Notes: a model not told the origin generated them from the letters alone. DNA of 63,968 nt, filler included, from Octopus bimaculoides (GCF_001194135.2; 6 parts of 6 records of this genome joined end to end with filler, not necessarily neighbours in it), one strand, 5' to 3'. Shown: positions 48,771-63,852, counted from the first letter of the whole stretch. Numbers and translations are program-made.

Positions 48771-49749
48771 NNNNNNNNNNNNNNNNNNNNNNNNNNNNNN
48801 NNNNNNNNNNNNNNNNNNNNNNNNNNNNNNNNNNNNNNNNNNNNNNNNNNNNNNNNNNNNNNNNNNNNNNNNNNNNNNNNNNNNNNNNNNNNNNNNNNNN
48901 NNNNNNNNNNNNNNNNNNNNNNNNNNNNNNNNNNNNNNNNNNNNNNNNNNNNNNNNNNNNNNNNNNNNNNNNNNNNNNNNNNNNNNNNNNNNNNNNNNNN
49001 NNNNNNNNNNNNNNNNNNNNNNNNNNNNNNNNNNNNNNNNNNNNNNNNNNNNNNNNNNNNNNNNNNNNNNNNNNNNNNNNNNNNNNNNNNNNNNNNNNNN
49101 NNNNNNNNNNNNNNNNNNNNNNNNNNNNNNNNNNNNNNNNNNNNNNNNNNNNNNNNNNNNNNNNNNNNNNNNNNNNNNNNNNNNNNNNNNNNNNNNNNNN
49201 NNNNNNNNNNNNNNNNNNNNNNNNNNNNNNNNNNNNNNNNNNNNNNNNNNNNNNNNNNNNNNNNNNNNNNNNNNNNNNNNNNNNNNNNNNNNNNNNNNNN
49301 NNNNNNNNNNNNNNNNNNNNNNNNNNNNNNNNNNNNNNNNNNNNNNNNNNNNNNNNNNNNNNNNNNNNNNNNNNNNNNNNNNNNNNNNNNNNNNNNNNNN
49401 NNNNNNNNNNNNNNNNNNNNNNNNNNNNNNNNNNNNNNNNNNNNNNNNNNNTAATAAAGGAGTTACGACGCAAAAACGTATAAATTCAAAAGAACATATT
49501 TATCTTCTTCAATATATATTTCAGTATAAAGAATTCATTAAGATGCTTAAATCAAAATTTCTTTACACATCATTCAGGAAGAGATATAACATCAGAAAAA
49601 ATACATTCCGTTTAAAAACACAAACCGTTCATGGCGAAAAAATTCCACAATTCATATATATATATATATCATCATCATCATCATCATCATTATCATCATC
49701 ATCATCCTCATCACCACCACCACCACTACTGCTATCATCATCATCATCA

Positions 49750-50214
49750 TCATCATCATTTAACGCCCATTTTACATGCTGGCATGGGTTGGATGGCTTG
49801 ATAGGAGCTTCCACTTGAAGAGCTGCACCAGGCTGCACTTGTCTGTTTTCGACATGGTTTCTATGACCGGATGTCCTTCCTAATGCTGACCACTTAAGAG
49901 AGTGCACCGGATGCTTTCATTCAGCACTGGCATGCATGTGCTTACGTGGCACCAATATGGACATATTCTCTGTGGATTCAGTACCTATGTGCCTACAGAA
50001 TTAGTAACTCTCAACTAGACATAGTCACTCACACACACACACACACACCAAGTATTAGCATGGCTGAGAGGTAAGACATTTGCTTTCCAACCAAATGGTT
50101 CTGGGTTCAATCCCAATGTATGGTACTTTGGGCAGGTATATTCTAATATAGCCTCAGAGTAGCCACAGCCTTTTGAGTGGATTTGCTAGACAGAAACTGA
50201 AAGAATCCTGTTGC

Positions 50215-50255
<41 letters not shown>

Positions 50256-50495
50256 TGTGGTGCCATCTAAAAAGAGCTGGTGCTGGTGTCACATGAAAAG
50301 CCCTGGTGATGGTTCTATTAAAGGGCACCTAGTACATTGTAAAGTGGTCGGCATTAGGAAGAGCATCCAGCTGTAGAAACCAAGCCAAGACAGACTATGG
50401 AGCCTGGTGTGGGTTTTGGCCTTGCCAGCTCCTTTCAAGCCATCTAACCCATGCCAGGGTGGAAAATATACGTTAAATGATGATGATGATGATGT
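49750..50495. mobile_element. Inverted pair of SINE 3' segments with (GAT)n tails (about 49750-49945 minus, 50270-50495 plus)
   Basis: Shared aagtggtc.gcattaggaag..catcc.g..tagaaacca..tcaagccatc.aacccatgccag..gttaaatgatgatg. Confidence 0.8.
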
Positions 50496-51474
50496 ATGTA
50501 TATATTATGTATATGTGTGTGTGTGTGTGTGTGTCTTTGTTTTGACATCGTATAATGGTTGTAAATAAGTTTCACTGTCACACAAGTAGTGTCATTTATT
50601 TCCAATATTCTGCAAGAAAACGTCTGGCCATAGATAAACATTACCTTGCGAGGAAACAGGTGAGGTTTGGTGACAGGAAAGGGGATCCAGCCAGAGCAAG
50701 TCTCCCTCTATAACCTCTGTCTGACACCCAGGGAGGAAGATACGGATGTTAATATAGTGATATACATATGTATGCGTATATATATATATATNNNNNNNNN
50801 NNNNNNNNNNNNNNNNNNNNNNNNNNNNNNNNNNNNNNNNNNNNNNNNNNNNNNNNNNNNNNNNNNNNNNNNNNNNNNNNNNNNNNNNNNNNNNNNNNNN
50901 NNNNNNNNNNNNNNNNNNNNNNNNNNNNNNNNNNNNNNNNNNNNNNNNNNNNNNNNNNNNNNNNNNNNNNNNNNNNNNNNNNNNNNNNNNNNNNNNNNNN
51001 NNNNNNNNNNNNNNNNNNNNNNNNNNNNNNNNNNNNNNNNNNNNNNNNNNNNNNNNNNNNNNNNNNNNNNNNNNNNNNNNNNNNNNNNNNNNNNNNNNNN
51101 NNNNNNNNNNNNNNNNNNNNNNNNNNNNNNNNNNNNNNNNNNNNNNNNNNNNNNNNNNNNNNNNNNNNNNNNNNNNNNNNNNNNNNNNNNNNNNNNNNNN
51201 NNNNNNNNNNNNNNNNNNNNNNNNNNNNNNNNNNNNNNNNNNNNNNNNNNNNNNNNNNNNNNNNNNNNNNNNNNNNNNNNNNNNNNNNNNNNNNNNNNNN
51301 NNNNNNNNNNNNNNNNNNNNNNNNNNNNNNNNNNNNNNNNNNNNNNNNNNNNTATATATATATATATATATATATTGACACAGGCATGGCTGTGTGGTAA
51401 GAAGCTTGCTTCCCTAGCACATGGTTCTGGTTTCAGTCCCACTGCATGGCACCTTGGGCAAGTATCTTCACAAA

Positions 51475-51750
51475 GAAAATTTTAATGCGAAAGGGAGCAA
51501 TTAGCAGTAATTCCATTCATCCATTCATTTTTGCTGCCTACAATTTCTGAGAAGGTCATGGGGGTCGCGTCTTGAAGCACCTCTTCCAAGGAGTCCCACG
51601 AGAAGCAACCGTCATTACACTTTTCTACAGGATTCCCAAGCCTGACAAAAGTGAGATTATGGATATTATCTAGCCATCAGGCTGCAGGTCCATTCGGCCG
51701 CGCCCTATCGACAGCGTCCAAACAGCTGCGCCATATTGTTTCCTTCCGAT
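51475..51750 (-). mobile_element. 3' end of an RTE (Expander/Rex3-like) LINE
   Basis: Reverse complement aligns with 52275-52480; WLDNIHNLT..RLG.P translation. Confidence 0.7.
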
Positions 51751-51834
51751 TACCAAGCTAAAATGTTTTGGAGTGTTTAGTTTAGTACCTCAACTCTTAC
51801 TGAGATAGAGGTTATTTTCAACTCTTCAAGGTCG

Positions 51835-52005
51835 GTATCATTCATATAATGTCAAGATATCAAGATATCATTCATATGATATATAAATATCAAGATATCA
51901 TTCATATAACAAGATATCATTCATATAACAAGATATCATTNNNNNNNNNNTCATTCATATAACAAGATATCATTCATATAACAAGATATCATTCATATAA
52001 TGTCG
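51835..52005. repeat. 19-bp minisatellite (caagatatcattcatataa)n spanning a 10-N gap
   Basis: Direct tandem units are visible on both sides of the gap. Confidence 0.85.
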
Positions 52006-52029
52006 AACCATTTTTGTCAATTACATTTC

Positions 52030-52480
52030 TCTTTAGACTTCGTGTTCTTTTGCCAAAGTTAAAGAGGTAACACTGTCGTGTTACCGAAAACTGTGTCTTT
52101 GAATTTGCCTGCGCTACGTTATCGCGAATAATTAATCCTCGATAATTACCGTCTCTCCAGGTCGAGCCACTACTTTTCCACATTGAGAGATCACAGCTCC
52201 AGTTCTACGGACATGTGACTAGAATGTTGCAGGGAAGGATCGCATGACAGATTCTTCTAAGGGTAGGCCACGAGCGTAATGGTAGGATAATATCCTTAGA
52301 CTCAGTTGGTCACGCTTGGAAATCGTGCAAGAGAATGTAATGACGGTTGCTTCCGATACGACCCTATGGAAGAATTGCCTGAGGGTTCTACCCCACAACC
52401 TTCTCAGGAAAAGTGGGCAGCAAGAGTGAAGAGATGGATGGAATTACTGTTAATTAGTCCCTTCTGCATTAAGGTTTTCT
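52030..52480 (+). mobile_element. 3' end of an RTE (Expander/Rex3-like) LINE
   Basis: VEPLLFHIERSQLQFYGHVTRM ... DNILRLSWSRLG ... LPPQPSQEK resembles the Rex3/Expander C-terminus. Confidence 0.8.
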
Positions 52481-53212
52481 TTTTGTTTTAATCAGATTCT
52501 CATAATGCAAGAGCACTTTTTTTTCATATGTTGTGGGACAAAGCAGACATTTCAAGTGAGAGGCATCAATTACTAAGCGGTATTCTAATGTCTAAACTTG
52601 ATTAATTTGGTAATTAAAGCAATTAAATTTCTAAATGCTTGAAAAGAGATTTTTGTTAATCAAATAATTTCCCGGGCCTTCAACATCGTCTTTCCTCTGC
52701 AAATATATGCTATACCTACACAACGTTTCAGGCTGTCAGATCTCCAGAATATACACATGGTATCAGGTGGATTCGAATTAAGAAACTTTATTTCTAAAGC
52801 AGCGTCTTTCCCCACTAAGCCACTGGCACATGTATTAAAGTCATTAATTAAAATCGTTCGTTAATTAAACCTTTTTCCCTCCATTGTTTTAATTAGATTT
52901 TGGCTACACTGTGGATAAATGTTTAATGTTGTAGCTAATTAATTATTTTATTGTGATTTTGTTTTTCTTTTGTTTTTCTTATTTTTGATGATTCCCCTAT
53001 GATTGGACGCAGAACGTTTTTTTTTCTTCCTTCCTTCTTTTCTTTCTTTTTTTTTCTTCTTGTAATCTAAACAACACTTGAATGAATAAAAAAAAAAGAA
53101 TAGTAATTTGTTGGAGATCGAAACCCTCCCTTCCAGTTCACATCTTTGGGCATTAAGCACCGTGCTACAGCCAGCATTGAGTCTCAGTGTCGAAGTATCT
53201 TTTCCTTCAAGT

Positions 53213-53309
53213 GAAGGCGCGTGGCTTAGTGGTTAGGGTATTCGGTTCACGACCGTAAGGGCGTAAGTTCGATTCCCGGCGGCGCCTTGTGTCCTTGAGC
53301 AAGACACTT
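53213..53309 (+). mobile_element. CORE-like tRNA SINE, family C head
   Basis: A box tggcttagtgg, B box gttcgattcc, then tgtgtccttgagcaagacactt. Confidence 0.85.
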
Positions 53310-53931
53310 NNNNNNNNNNNNNNNNNNNNNNNNNNNNNNNNNNNNNNNNNNNNTTAATTAATTAANNNNNNNNNNNNNNNNNNNNNNNNNNNNNNNNNNN
53401 NNNNNNNNNCGGCATGACATTGACAGAGACTGTGAGAGAAGGGGAGTGAGAGAGAGGAAGAGAGAACGAGAGAGAGGGGTAGAGAGAGGGAGACATACGT
53501 ACAGACAAGTAGAGAGTAAACAAGAATGTAATAGGCTGTTTGGTCACGCGCGCGCGCGCGTGGCTGTGTGTCTGTGTATTTATGTGTTAGTGCGTATGTA
53601 TGCGTGTGTTTGTGTATGAAGTATTGAACAAAGGAATCAGAGATCGAAAAGAAATGTTATCAGAAGAATAGGAAAGAGTCCATTTGACAGAAATGCATTC
53701 AATCAGGAAAATTAGGCTATTCCCTATATTTGATTTCTGGAGGGATTTCTCGCGTAAAAAAAAAAAAAAAAAAAACATCGGAAATAAATGGGAAGCATTG
53801 AGACAGGAAAATATATTTGAAACCATAGACGCACGCAGAGACACATACATATAAACAGTCACACACAAACACGCACAGATATACGTAGATGCACGCTGAG
53901 TTATGCATACCATGACAGTCTTAGACAAACA

Positions 53932-53974
<43 letters not shown>

Positions 53975-53988
53975 ACACACACACACAC

Positions 53989-54074
<86 letters not shown>

Positions 54075-54128
54075 GTGCATGCATATATATGTATATATGT
54101 GTGCATATATATATGTCTCTCTCTCACA

Positions 54129-54226
<98 letters not shown>

Positions 54227-54719
54227 ATGTCTATATGTGTGTATGTTTGAGCGTATGTTCGTGCGCGTGTGTCTGAGTATATATGTATGTATATATAAGA
54301 ATGAAACCCTCTAATTCTTTTACTGTTGGTTTGTTTTTTTTTATTTCATTTCCTTTACGTTATAATTTCAAAATGAAATGTTTTAGCCATAGAAACTTTT
54401 TGCCGTAGAAATTGGATCTGAAAATGGACATAATTCAAAATGTGTTGGAAGCAAGCTTTGAAAATAGAAACTATCTTTTATCATATATCTTGTACGTGTT
54501 TCAGTCATTATACAGCGACCAGGCCGAGGCATCGTCTTGAAGAGTTTCATCGAATAAATTAACCCCAGAATTTATTTTTCAAGTCCGGAATTTATTCGGT
54601 CGGTTTATTCTACCGAAACGCCAAATTACAGGGACGTAAACACTACCCTCATCCAAAACCGTTTCACGACAAATTCCGATATAATCGTAAGCTACACGAT
54701 CTTATCGCAGCCCCTATTT

Positions 54720-55990
<1,271 letters not shown>

Positions 55991-56049
55991 TCTCCATTTC
56001 TTTTTATTATTGCTTTTGCACAGCTTCTAACGCTGGAGATGTACAACAG

Positions 56050-56766
56050 TGTCAGTTGCTCACTACCAATGAACTAAGGTAATACCTCTTATTTTTCGAG
56101 CACATTCCGGAGTATTCGAGCGGTGCCAAGCAGTGCTGTTTTCTGCAAGCGCTCCACCCTTATTGCAACCCCTATTATTCCATGTACTTCTCAACATTTT
56201 TACTCACTGTTCCCAGGGCTCCGACAATTATTGGTACTACTACCACCTTTTTCATCGACCACATCTGCTTAACCTCCCAAGCTAACCTGTCACATCTCTC
56301 GACTTTTCTTTCTTCCTTATCGCATACCTTGTTGTCAGCTGAGCATGCTATATCTATGATCCAGCATAGTTTGTTTTCNNNNNNNNNNAACCTGTCACAT
56401 CTCTCGACTTTTCTTTCTTCCTTATCGCATACCTTGTTGTCAGCTGAGCATGCTATATCTATGATCCAGCATAGTTTGTTTTCTTTCTCAATTAATACTA
56501 TGTCTGGTTTCCTATTCTCTGTCTCATGGTCGCACTGAATCATAAAATCCCATAGGATCTTTGCATTTCTATTTTCGACGATACCTTCGGGTTTGTGGTC
56601 GTACCAATTTTTTGCTCTGTCAGGTCCATACTTGTTGCAAAGTGTCCAATGGACAAGCCTGTCTATATTATCGTTGCGTCTCTTATATTCCTTCTGGGCT
56701 AGTGGCGTACATTGTCTGGTAATATGCCATCGGGTTTCACCGTTTTGTCCACAGATTCTGCACTTA
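56050..56766 (-). mobile_element. R4/Dong-type LINE: CCHC, RLE and C-terminus
   Basis: CRICGQNGE..HI..QC; ILWDF.IQCDHETENRKPDIVLIEK..IIDIAC..EK.ER..L; IVGALG; LQKTALLGTARILR. Confidence 0.92.
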
Positions 56767-56789
56767 TATTATTATTATTATTACTATTA

Positions 56790-57436
56790 TTATTGTTATT
56801 ATTATGTTTGACTTTTGTTTTGCATTTGTACAAGTTGGATCCAAGTCTCACCCAGAGACCTCAAGAGACAAGTTAGAAGTTCATGTAGGTGTTATGCCTA
56901 GGGTATCATATATTTGGATTTGTACATAGTGTTGTTCTAGTGAATGTTTAAGAAACCATAAGAAAATTATGTGTTTGCTTTAAAATTTGAGATGACATAG
57001 ACATTATTTTACGTAGGATATGGGCAGTTCCATATGAGCACAATCTTTTGAACTTCAGCCATCTTGGGGTTTCCTGGTATCTGAGCTAGGTAGTAATCAG
57101 CCCGTTTCGCTGTCATTCCCAGGGCACCTATGACAATAGGTATTGTTTTCGTCTTCAGATTCCACATTTTGCTAATTTCTATTTCAAGATCTTTATATTT
57201 GCTCAGTTTTTGGTAGGTCTTGACAGATACGTTTATATCGATTGGAACAGTCATATCAATGAGGAGGCATGATTTTTGTCTGAAGTCTTTCAGTATGATG
57301 TCTGGCCTATTTGCATCTATCATTCTGTCAGTTTGAATGGTGAAGTTCTAGAGGAGTGCAATGTGATCATTTTCAAGTACTGGGGGTGGTTTGTGTTCCC
57401 ACCAGTTTTTATCATGGGGCAAGTCCAAGTTTTTGC
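56790..57436 (-). mobile_element. R4/Dong-type LINE of another subfamily: RLE, C-terminus and 3' UTR
   Basis: ANRPDIILKD..CLLIDMTVPID.NV..K.YQKLSKYKDLEIEISKMWNLK..IPIVIGALG..EVQKIVL. Confidence 0.92.
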
Positions 57437-57554
57437 NNNNNNNNNNNNNNNNNNNNNNNNNNNNNNNNNNNNNNNNNNNNTTAATTAATTAANNNNNNNN
57501 NNNNNNNNNNNNNNNNNNNNNNNNNNNNNNNNNNNNTATATATATATATATGGG

Positions 57555-57765
57555 ATATGGCACTTTGGTCTAAAACATGGTCTAAACCAGTTTAGTCTAT
57601 GACAATTTGGTCTAAAAGCATTTTTGTCTAAAAACACTTTCGTCTAAGCATTTTCCTCTAAAAACTAAAAGGATTACTAGAGTATAGTTATTTAGATCTT
57701 TTACATTTTTTTAAGATTCTATAGACAAAATAGTTATTAGACCAAAGTAACTTTAGATAAATATA
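57555..57765. mobile_element. MITE-like element with repeated subterminal TTTGGTCTAA motifs, inverted at the right end
   Basis: Several (t)ttggtctaaa variants at 57565-57665; tagacaaaa and ttagaccaaag at 57722-57750. Confidence 0.45.
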
Positions 57766-58469
57766 TATACACTCACCTAGTTTATAATTATTACATCAAA
57801 TAGTGGTGTACTGGACTTTAACGACAGAATAAAAATTGTGCTCTTACCATATATCACAATCTATCTTAACTTTTAAGAGCGTATTTCTAACCTAATTGAA
57901 TAGGCTGTCATATTCCTTGAAGTGGTATGAACATAAGTGTATGGACAAAGGACTATTTACATAGGTCAGATAGTCAATGAATCAACTCTAATGCGTTGCC
58001 GAACACCTTTCTTAAGGGATTAGTCTGACTACACATGATTAAGCTCTTAAATTGATACATAAAAGTGATGGGATGTTCTCGGATAGGTGATCTACTTCAA
58101 ATATAATAATACATTGGCTTGCAGTAAAACCCCGCAGAGAGCAAGTTGGGCAACTATTTAAGTTTGTTGTTTATATTTATTTTTCTGGTAATCAATAAGT
58201 AAACATCATGTAGTTAATCACTTAATATGAATTTTAAAATATACACATAAGAATGAGATGGAATACATAGGGTTTGCGTTTATAAGAAAACTCAATTAAT
58301 GTTATTGACTGGTTGAAACATTGGAGTGCATCTTCGTTTCTGATATAAGGGTATAGGTAACAACTAGACAGTACTGTCCCTAGTTCTTCGTTCATAGTGT
58401 CGGTTTTCATGGCGTACAACTGGCCGCGAAGATACCCTCCTTGAACCGGATACTCTCTGCCCCAAGGCT

Positions 58470-59068
58470 ATTCATTTACAGCTGAGTAGACTGGAGCGAC
58501 ATTGAGTGAAGAGTTTTAACCAAGAACACAACCCCGTCTCTCAATCGAAACTACGATCTGGAGATAGCGAGTATATCATGACCGCTAGACCACGTACATT
58601 TCCGATCACAGGAAACGAATATATTTTACATTTCATGAAGGCTATTACTTCTGCACGGATATGACATTGGCAAGTCTCTTAACCTTTCTTAACCTTTTGG
58701 GGGTCGTTAGGGCGCTGCAGTTATGCATCGTATTCTGGCCGAGAAAGCCTGGCGGAACCCATCCCACTCTAGGATAAACTCATTTCTACAGCTGAGTGGA
58801 CTGGAGCAACCTGAAATGAAATGTTTTGCTCAAGAATACAATGGATCACCCGCTACAGGAATTGAAACCACAATCTTACGATCGTGAATCCATACCCTAA
58901 CCACTAAGTGATGCGCCTCCACAAGTGGTACTCATTTCTACAGCTGAGTGGAGTGGAGCTCCGTGAAATGCAGTGTTTTGCTCAAGAGCACAACGCATCG
59001 CCTGATCAAGGAACCGAAGCCACAATCTTACGATCGTGAGTCCAATAACCTAACCATTAAGCTACGCA
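58470..59068 (-). mobile_element. Three near-tandem CORE-like SINE family C copies (about 58470-58595, 58780-58920, 58935-59068)
   Basis: Each reads catttctacagctgagtggactggagc..tgttttgctcaaga..caatcttacgatcgtga..ctaaccact. Confidence 0.8.
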
Positions 59069-60329
59069 CTTCAACTTTTCACAGATATGCAATATGTAAA
59101 TGTTCATGTTATTTGTGTATCATATCATCCATGGCATTCATAAATGATACAGGTTGAGATGGCCTCTGCAGTACTATTGCTATGTTTATGAAAATGATAC
59201 TGGTACTTTTGTAAATCTTCACAGGCAGGCATGTTTGTGTGGATATACATTGCAAATGCATGTGTAGATATTTGGTTGTATATGTGGGCATGCTTTTAAT
59301 CTACTGGTGATGCAATCCACTTACCAATTTGTTTACTGGGGGTTCGATCACACGGTATAGCATCTTGCATGTGTTTCTTCTATCAATGGTTATGGTTCAC
59401 ATAAAGTATGTGAGAGAATATGAATAAAAGGAAAATGTTTAGAAGTGTTTGGTAATTTCAAAGTTCCTACGTGAGAGACACTGTAAGGCTGATGCTGAGA
59501 GAATATTATATTAAGCCAACGTGTGATTCTTGGATACCACACTAATATAATACGGTGAATGAATAAGTGCAATACATATCCATACCTTATAACTTGTCTT
59601 TATTCTTATATATGGAGTAGATGATACAACATTTTACAACTAATTCAATGACCTTATCATAATAACTGTATGATAATCTATAAATTTATGTATGCATGTA
59701 TACATACATTCATTAATACATACATATTTATACGTACGTTGAAGAAATACGAGCCTCCCGACTCGGGTCTTACGCCAATGCGATCGTTAGGTGAAACTAA
59801 CATGACTGGGTGTTGATGGTGTATATATATATCTGTTGATATATGATGGTCGTATGGTACTTTAACTATTTCATTGATTGAGTGTTGAGTGTATGGCGTG
59901 GTGTTTATATTTCATGGAACTGTAAGTATACAAATTTGTTTCTGGTTGAGGTAGCTGTTTATTTGTATGATCATTATTTTCTATTATGTTTTTCCTTTTT
60001 TATCTTCGAGTCAATTTAGTCTCTGCGTATGTAAGTGAAGAATATTACAAGTCCATGTTTTGAATGATTTTATCGGAAACAAGTTTGTATACTTTTATGG
60101 CACTGTGGATAATTGTGAGATAATTGAGATTCAGTTGAAATAGGTACTTAAGTTGAGGCACCATGTCAGTCCGCTATTATCCACACGATGGAAGGTGAAT
60201 AAAAAGTAAAATGTAGCAAGGATGTCAACGCAGTAGTGCATTACGGCCGTTTCAGGCAGCTCTATTTAATCAAACAAGGCAAATATTACATCAATTTGAA
60301 ATACACGCCATTTTCGCATGAATAATATA

Positions 60330-61100
60330 GGTTTTCAACATACTCCATTATAATTCTAAGCAAATATTTCATCAGAACGAGAAAATGAAAGAATTACATG
60401 CTGTTATTTCTGTAGCAGAACAAACTTAGAGAAGAACTAACCCAACTATAATCATGAGAGGCAAAAGAGAATAACAATAGGGGTCAGGGGATGGTAATAT
60501 AGCTATAATTTTTATCTATCTCCTTATCACAATCAAAATATCTAGTGCAGAATTAAAACCCCTGGAAACTGATAGTTAAGTTCTAGCTGATGATCATTAG
60601 TTAACTGCTACTAGATACTCTCCCAAATCTTAATTTACTATAGTTATAAATTCCCTATGAGCACATAAAGAAATTAAGCTCAGAAGTCAATAAGGTAGTG
60701 GTAAATGACCAGAAAAGGAAGGGTAGGGTTGACATAAACCATTTTATTATCAATTAAAGGGGCCCAAAATAGAAAGCAAAAGACTTCACAATGATATCTA
60801 AATGGGTATTAAGGGCACGGGAGTAGAAATATAACCAACATATAGCAAAATCTAAATATTATTCTATTTTTATAACAAAAATTTAAATTTAAAAAAATTA
60901 GAAAGGGATATAAGGACCAGGTTAGATAAGGAGGATATATATACCAATTTAGGCCTAAAAAAGTAGATTACATTTATATAAAGAAGAAGCCTCGTAATAC
61001 TTCATCGTAGCAAAATTTTAGGTGGTATTGATAAAACCATTCAGGCAATGAACCCAAATTACATTCAGAATTCATCCGAGAAAGAAGTAGGCATTTTCTC
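60330..61100 (+). mobile_element. Possible highly decayed LINE APE-endonuclease remnant
   Basis: Only scattered motif-like translations (VISVAE; RG.GDG.IAI; RYSP). Weak. Confidence 0.2.
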
Positions 61101-61567
61101 TTGACTGAAAACGAGGGATCAAAGGCAAAAAATGAGATCATTGCTTCTATAATAGATAAACTTATTAAAAAAATATAATTATATCAAAAATTCCATCATC
61201 TTAAAGGATATAATGATATAAGAAGATATAAAAAAAAATATGGCATATATATACATATATATTATGTATAAAGAATATATTATAATTATAAAATGTAATT
61301 ATAAATAACCTAAAGAATATAAATGTAAGTACCACACTGTGTTATATCTTACCATGTTTAACTGCAGAGCGAAATTACATCTCTGCAAATCATAGAATGT
61401 TACACCAGTATATACGAGGGTAAACAGGTATACAAAATGCAACATTTAATAATATAATATAATGTAAACTAAAAGAATAAATAGAATACACGAAAAATGA
61501 AATGAGGAAATGGATATACATATGTTGATACACACACACACACATACACACACACCCACACACACAC

Positions 61568-61612
<45 letters not shown>

Positions 61613-61749
61613 CATATATATATATATATTTTATATATATATATATATANNNNNNNNNNNNNNNNNNNNNNNNNNNNNNNNNNNNNNNNNNNNTTAATTA
61701 ATTAANNNNNNNNNNNNNNNNNNNNNNNNNNNNNNNNNNNNNNNNNNNN

Positions 61750-62040
61750 AGCCAGGACTGGGCAGCCAGAGATAATATGATTTATTGTTTCTTGTACATC
61801 TCCACATATTCTACAGTTACTTGTTATATTTCTTTTCATTATGTGTTTTTGGTAATTTCTGGTGGGGAGGCTCTGGTCTTGTGCAGCAATTAAAAATCCT
61901 TCAGTCTCTGCTTTGAGTCCTGAGCTTCTCAGCCATTGCTGGGATTTTTCTCTGTCTATTTCTTTCGCATTTATTTTAGCCCAGTATTTACCATGTAGGG
62001 GCCTTTCTTGCAATCGTTTTATCATGGTCCGCTGCTGTTC
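61750..62040 (-). mobile_element. R4/Dong-type LINE fragment with CCHC zinc knuckle, starting right after (TAA)n
   Basis: LHGKYW..WLRSSGLKAETEGFLIAAQDQSLPTRNY..CRICGDVQETINHIISGCPVLA; open frame. Confidence 0.93.
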
Positions 62041-62085
<45 letters not shown>

Positions 62086-62116
62086 CATCATTATCATCAT
62101 CATCATCATCATTATT

Positions 62117-62320
62117 AAGGCCACGAGGTGGCAGAATTGTTAGCATGCTGGACGAAATGCTTGGTAGTATTTTGCCGGTCGCTACGTTCTGAGTTCAAAT
62201 TCTGCCGAGGTTGACTTTGCAGTTCATCCTTTCGGGGTCGATAAATTAAGTATCAGTCAAGTACTGGGGTCGATGTAATCGACTATCCCTCTCCCCAGAA
62301 TTGTTGTGCCTATAGTAGAA
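62117..62320 (+). mobile_element. SINE family A, near full length
   Basis: aaggccacgaggtggcagaattgttagc..ctacgttctgagttcaaattctgccgagg. Confidence 0.88.
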
Positions 62321-62354
62321 AGGATCATTATCATATTTTATGTTTGTGTTTTTT

Positions 62355-62673
62355 TACTTTTAATCTGCATGTTTGTTACAATCACTTGCCGAGACACACT
62401 CAGCGTCCTGGGACGAGTGAAGGATAAGGGATGTTACAGTATGACTGAAAACTTGGGGAGGGGAAGTGGCAGGGGCCGTAGCAAAATATCTTCATGTAAT
62501 ACAACACAAACATTTATATTTTTGCTGCATCTTTCTAGCTTGTTTTGTCTTAACATTTACTCCTCTAACAACTTCATCGAGAACTGTTACTTCCGTCCAC
62601 AGAGATTCAATCCTTTTTTGTATTGCTGTTGACATGGTTGGTCTTATTCCGTGTCGTCCTGATACCTAGTTAC

Positions 62674-62746
<73 letters not shown>

Positions 62747-63075
62747 CTTTTAATCTGCACCTTTGTTACAGTCACATGCCGAGACACACCCAGCGTCCTG
62801 AGGCGAGTGAAAGATAAGAGATGTTTCAGCATGACTGAATGCTTGGGGAGGGGAGATTGGGAAATATCTTGATGTAATACAACACAGACATTTAAATAAA
62901 TAGGGTTTTTCTAAGGATATGGGCAGTACTTATCAGTACAATCTTCTGGATTTCTCTGAGAGATGGTTCTTCTGGGATCTTATCTAGATGTTTCTGACAT
63001 CCATTTTTATCATACCTAGGGCACCTACAACAACAGGAACAGTTCTCGTTTTAAGATGCCACGTCTTTTGTACTT
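62355..63075 (-). mobile_element. Cluster of R4/Dong-type fragments: duplicated 3' UTR (62355-62520, 62745-62890) and C-terminus (62890-63075)
   Basis: WHLKTRTVPVVVGALGMI; EIQKIVLISTAHILRK; a ~150-bp UTR is repeated, and one copy ends at (TAA)n. Confidence 0.8.
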
Positions 63076-63102
63076 CATTATTATTATTATTATTATTATT
63101 AT

Positions 63103-63161
<59 letters not shown>

Positions 63162-63224
63162 TCATCATCATTATCATCATCATCATCATCATAATCATCA
63201 TCATCATCATCATCATTATTATCA

Positions 63225-63790
63225 TTATTGAGTGAGGGAGCAGTGCATCAAAGTGACACATGGCAAAATATACAAGGCCCACTATACACATCATTACATA
63301 TCATGACTACCCGCCTGATAAGGGTACACCAGGCACATGCATCACAACCATATGTGCGCGACATGGTGATCTCATATCAAGATAAACAGCGCATGACCTT
63401 TCAGGTGGGACCCAGTTAGAATTTTCTTCAGGTCGAGTAGCCCATCTCGTTCAAAAGGTCCTTGAATAAGAGTTGTTTAAGGATATTGAACAAAACACCC
63501 ACGTTTCCAAAGGTGAATTATCCAAACCCCAAAGAATCCGTCTCAGCACATGGCGATGATGCTCCCCGCTACTTCTGCTCTTGATCAGAGATGCACATAT
63601 TGTAAGCTACCAAGGGACATGCTCAACTAGTTAAGGTCAAGCAACTGACAAGCAGGTCTGTGGTATTGAGCAGAATATTTGCTGTAGGCCATCTTTTATA
63701 CCAAGACAAAACAATGTACATGATAACACTTCCAATCAGTTAAGATCAGATGCCAAGAGAGCCACTGCCTGGAACTGCATCAGGGCATTT
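63225..63790. repeat. Longest copy of the unclassified interspersed repeat, bounded by (ATC/ATT)n runs
   Basis: Contains the cores shared with 6519-6690 and 12923-13166. Confidence 0.85.
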
Positions 63791-63809
63791 ATTATTATAA
63801 TTATTATTA

Positions 63810-63852
<43 letters not shown>

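Noticed and set aside
56287-56480. Tandem duplication within the RLE frame (ENKLCWIIDIAC twice)
   Set aside because: Identical copies either side of a 10-N gap indicate an unmerged overlap, not a duplicated domain.
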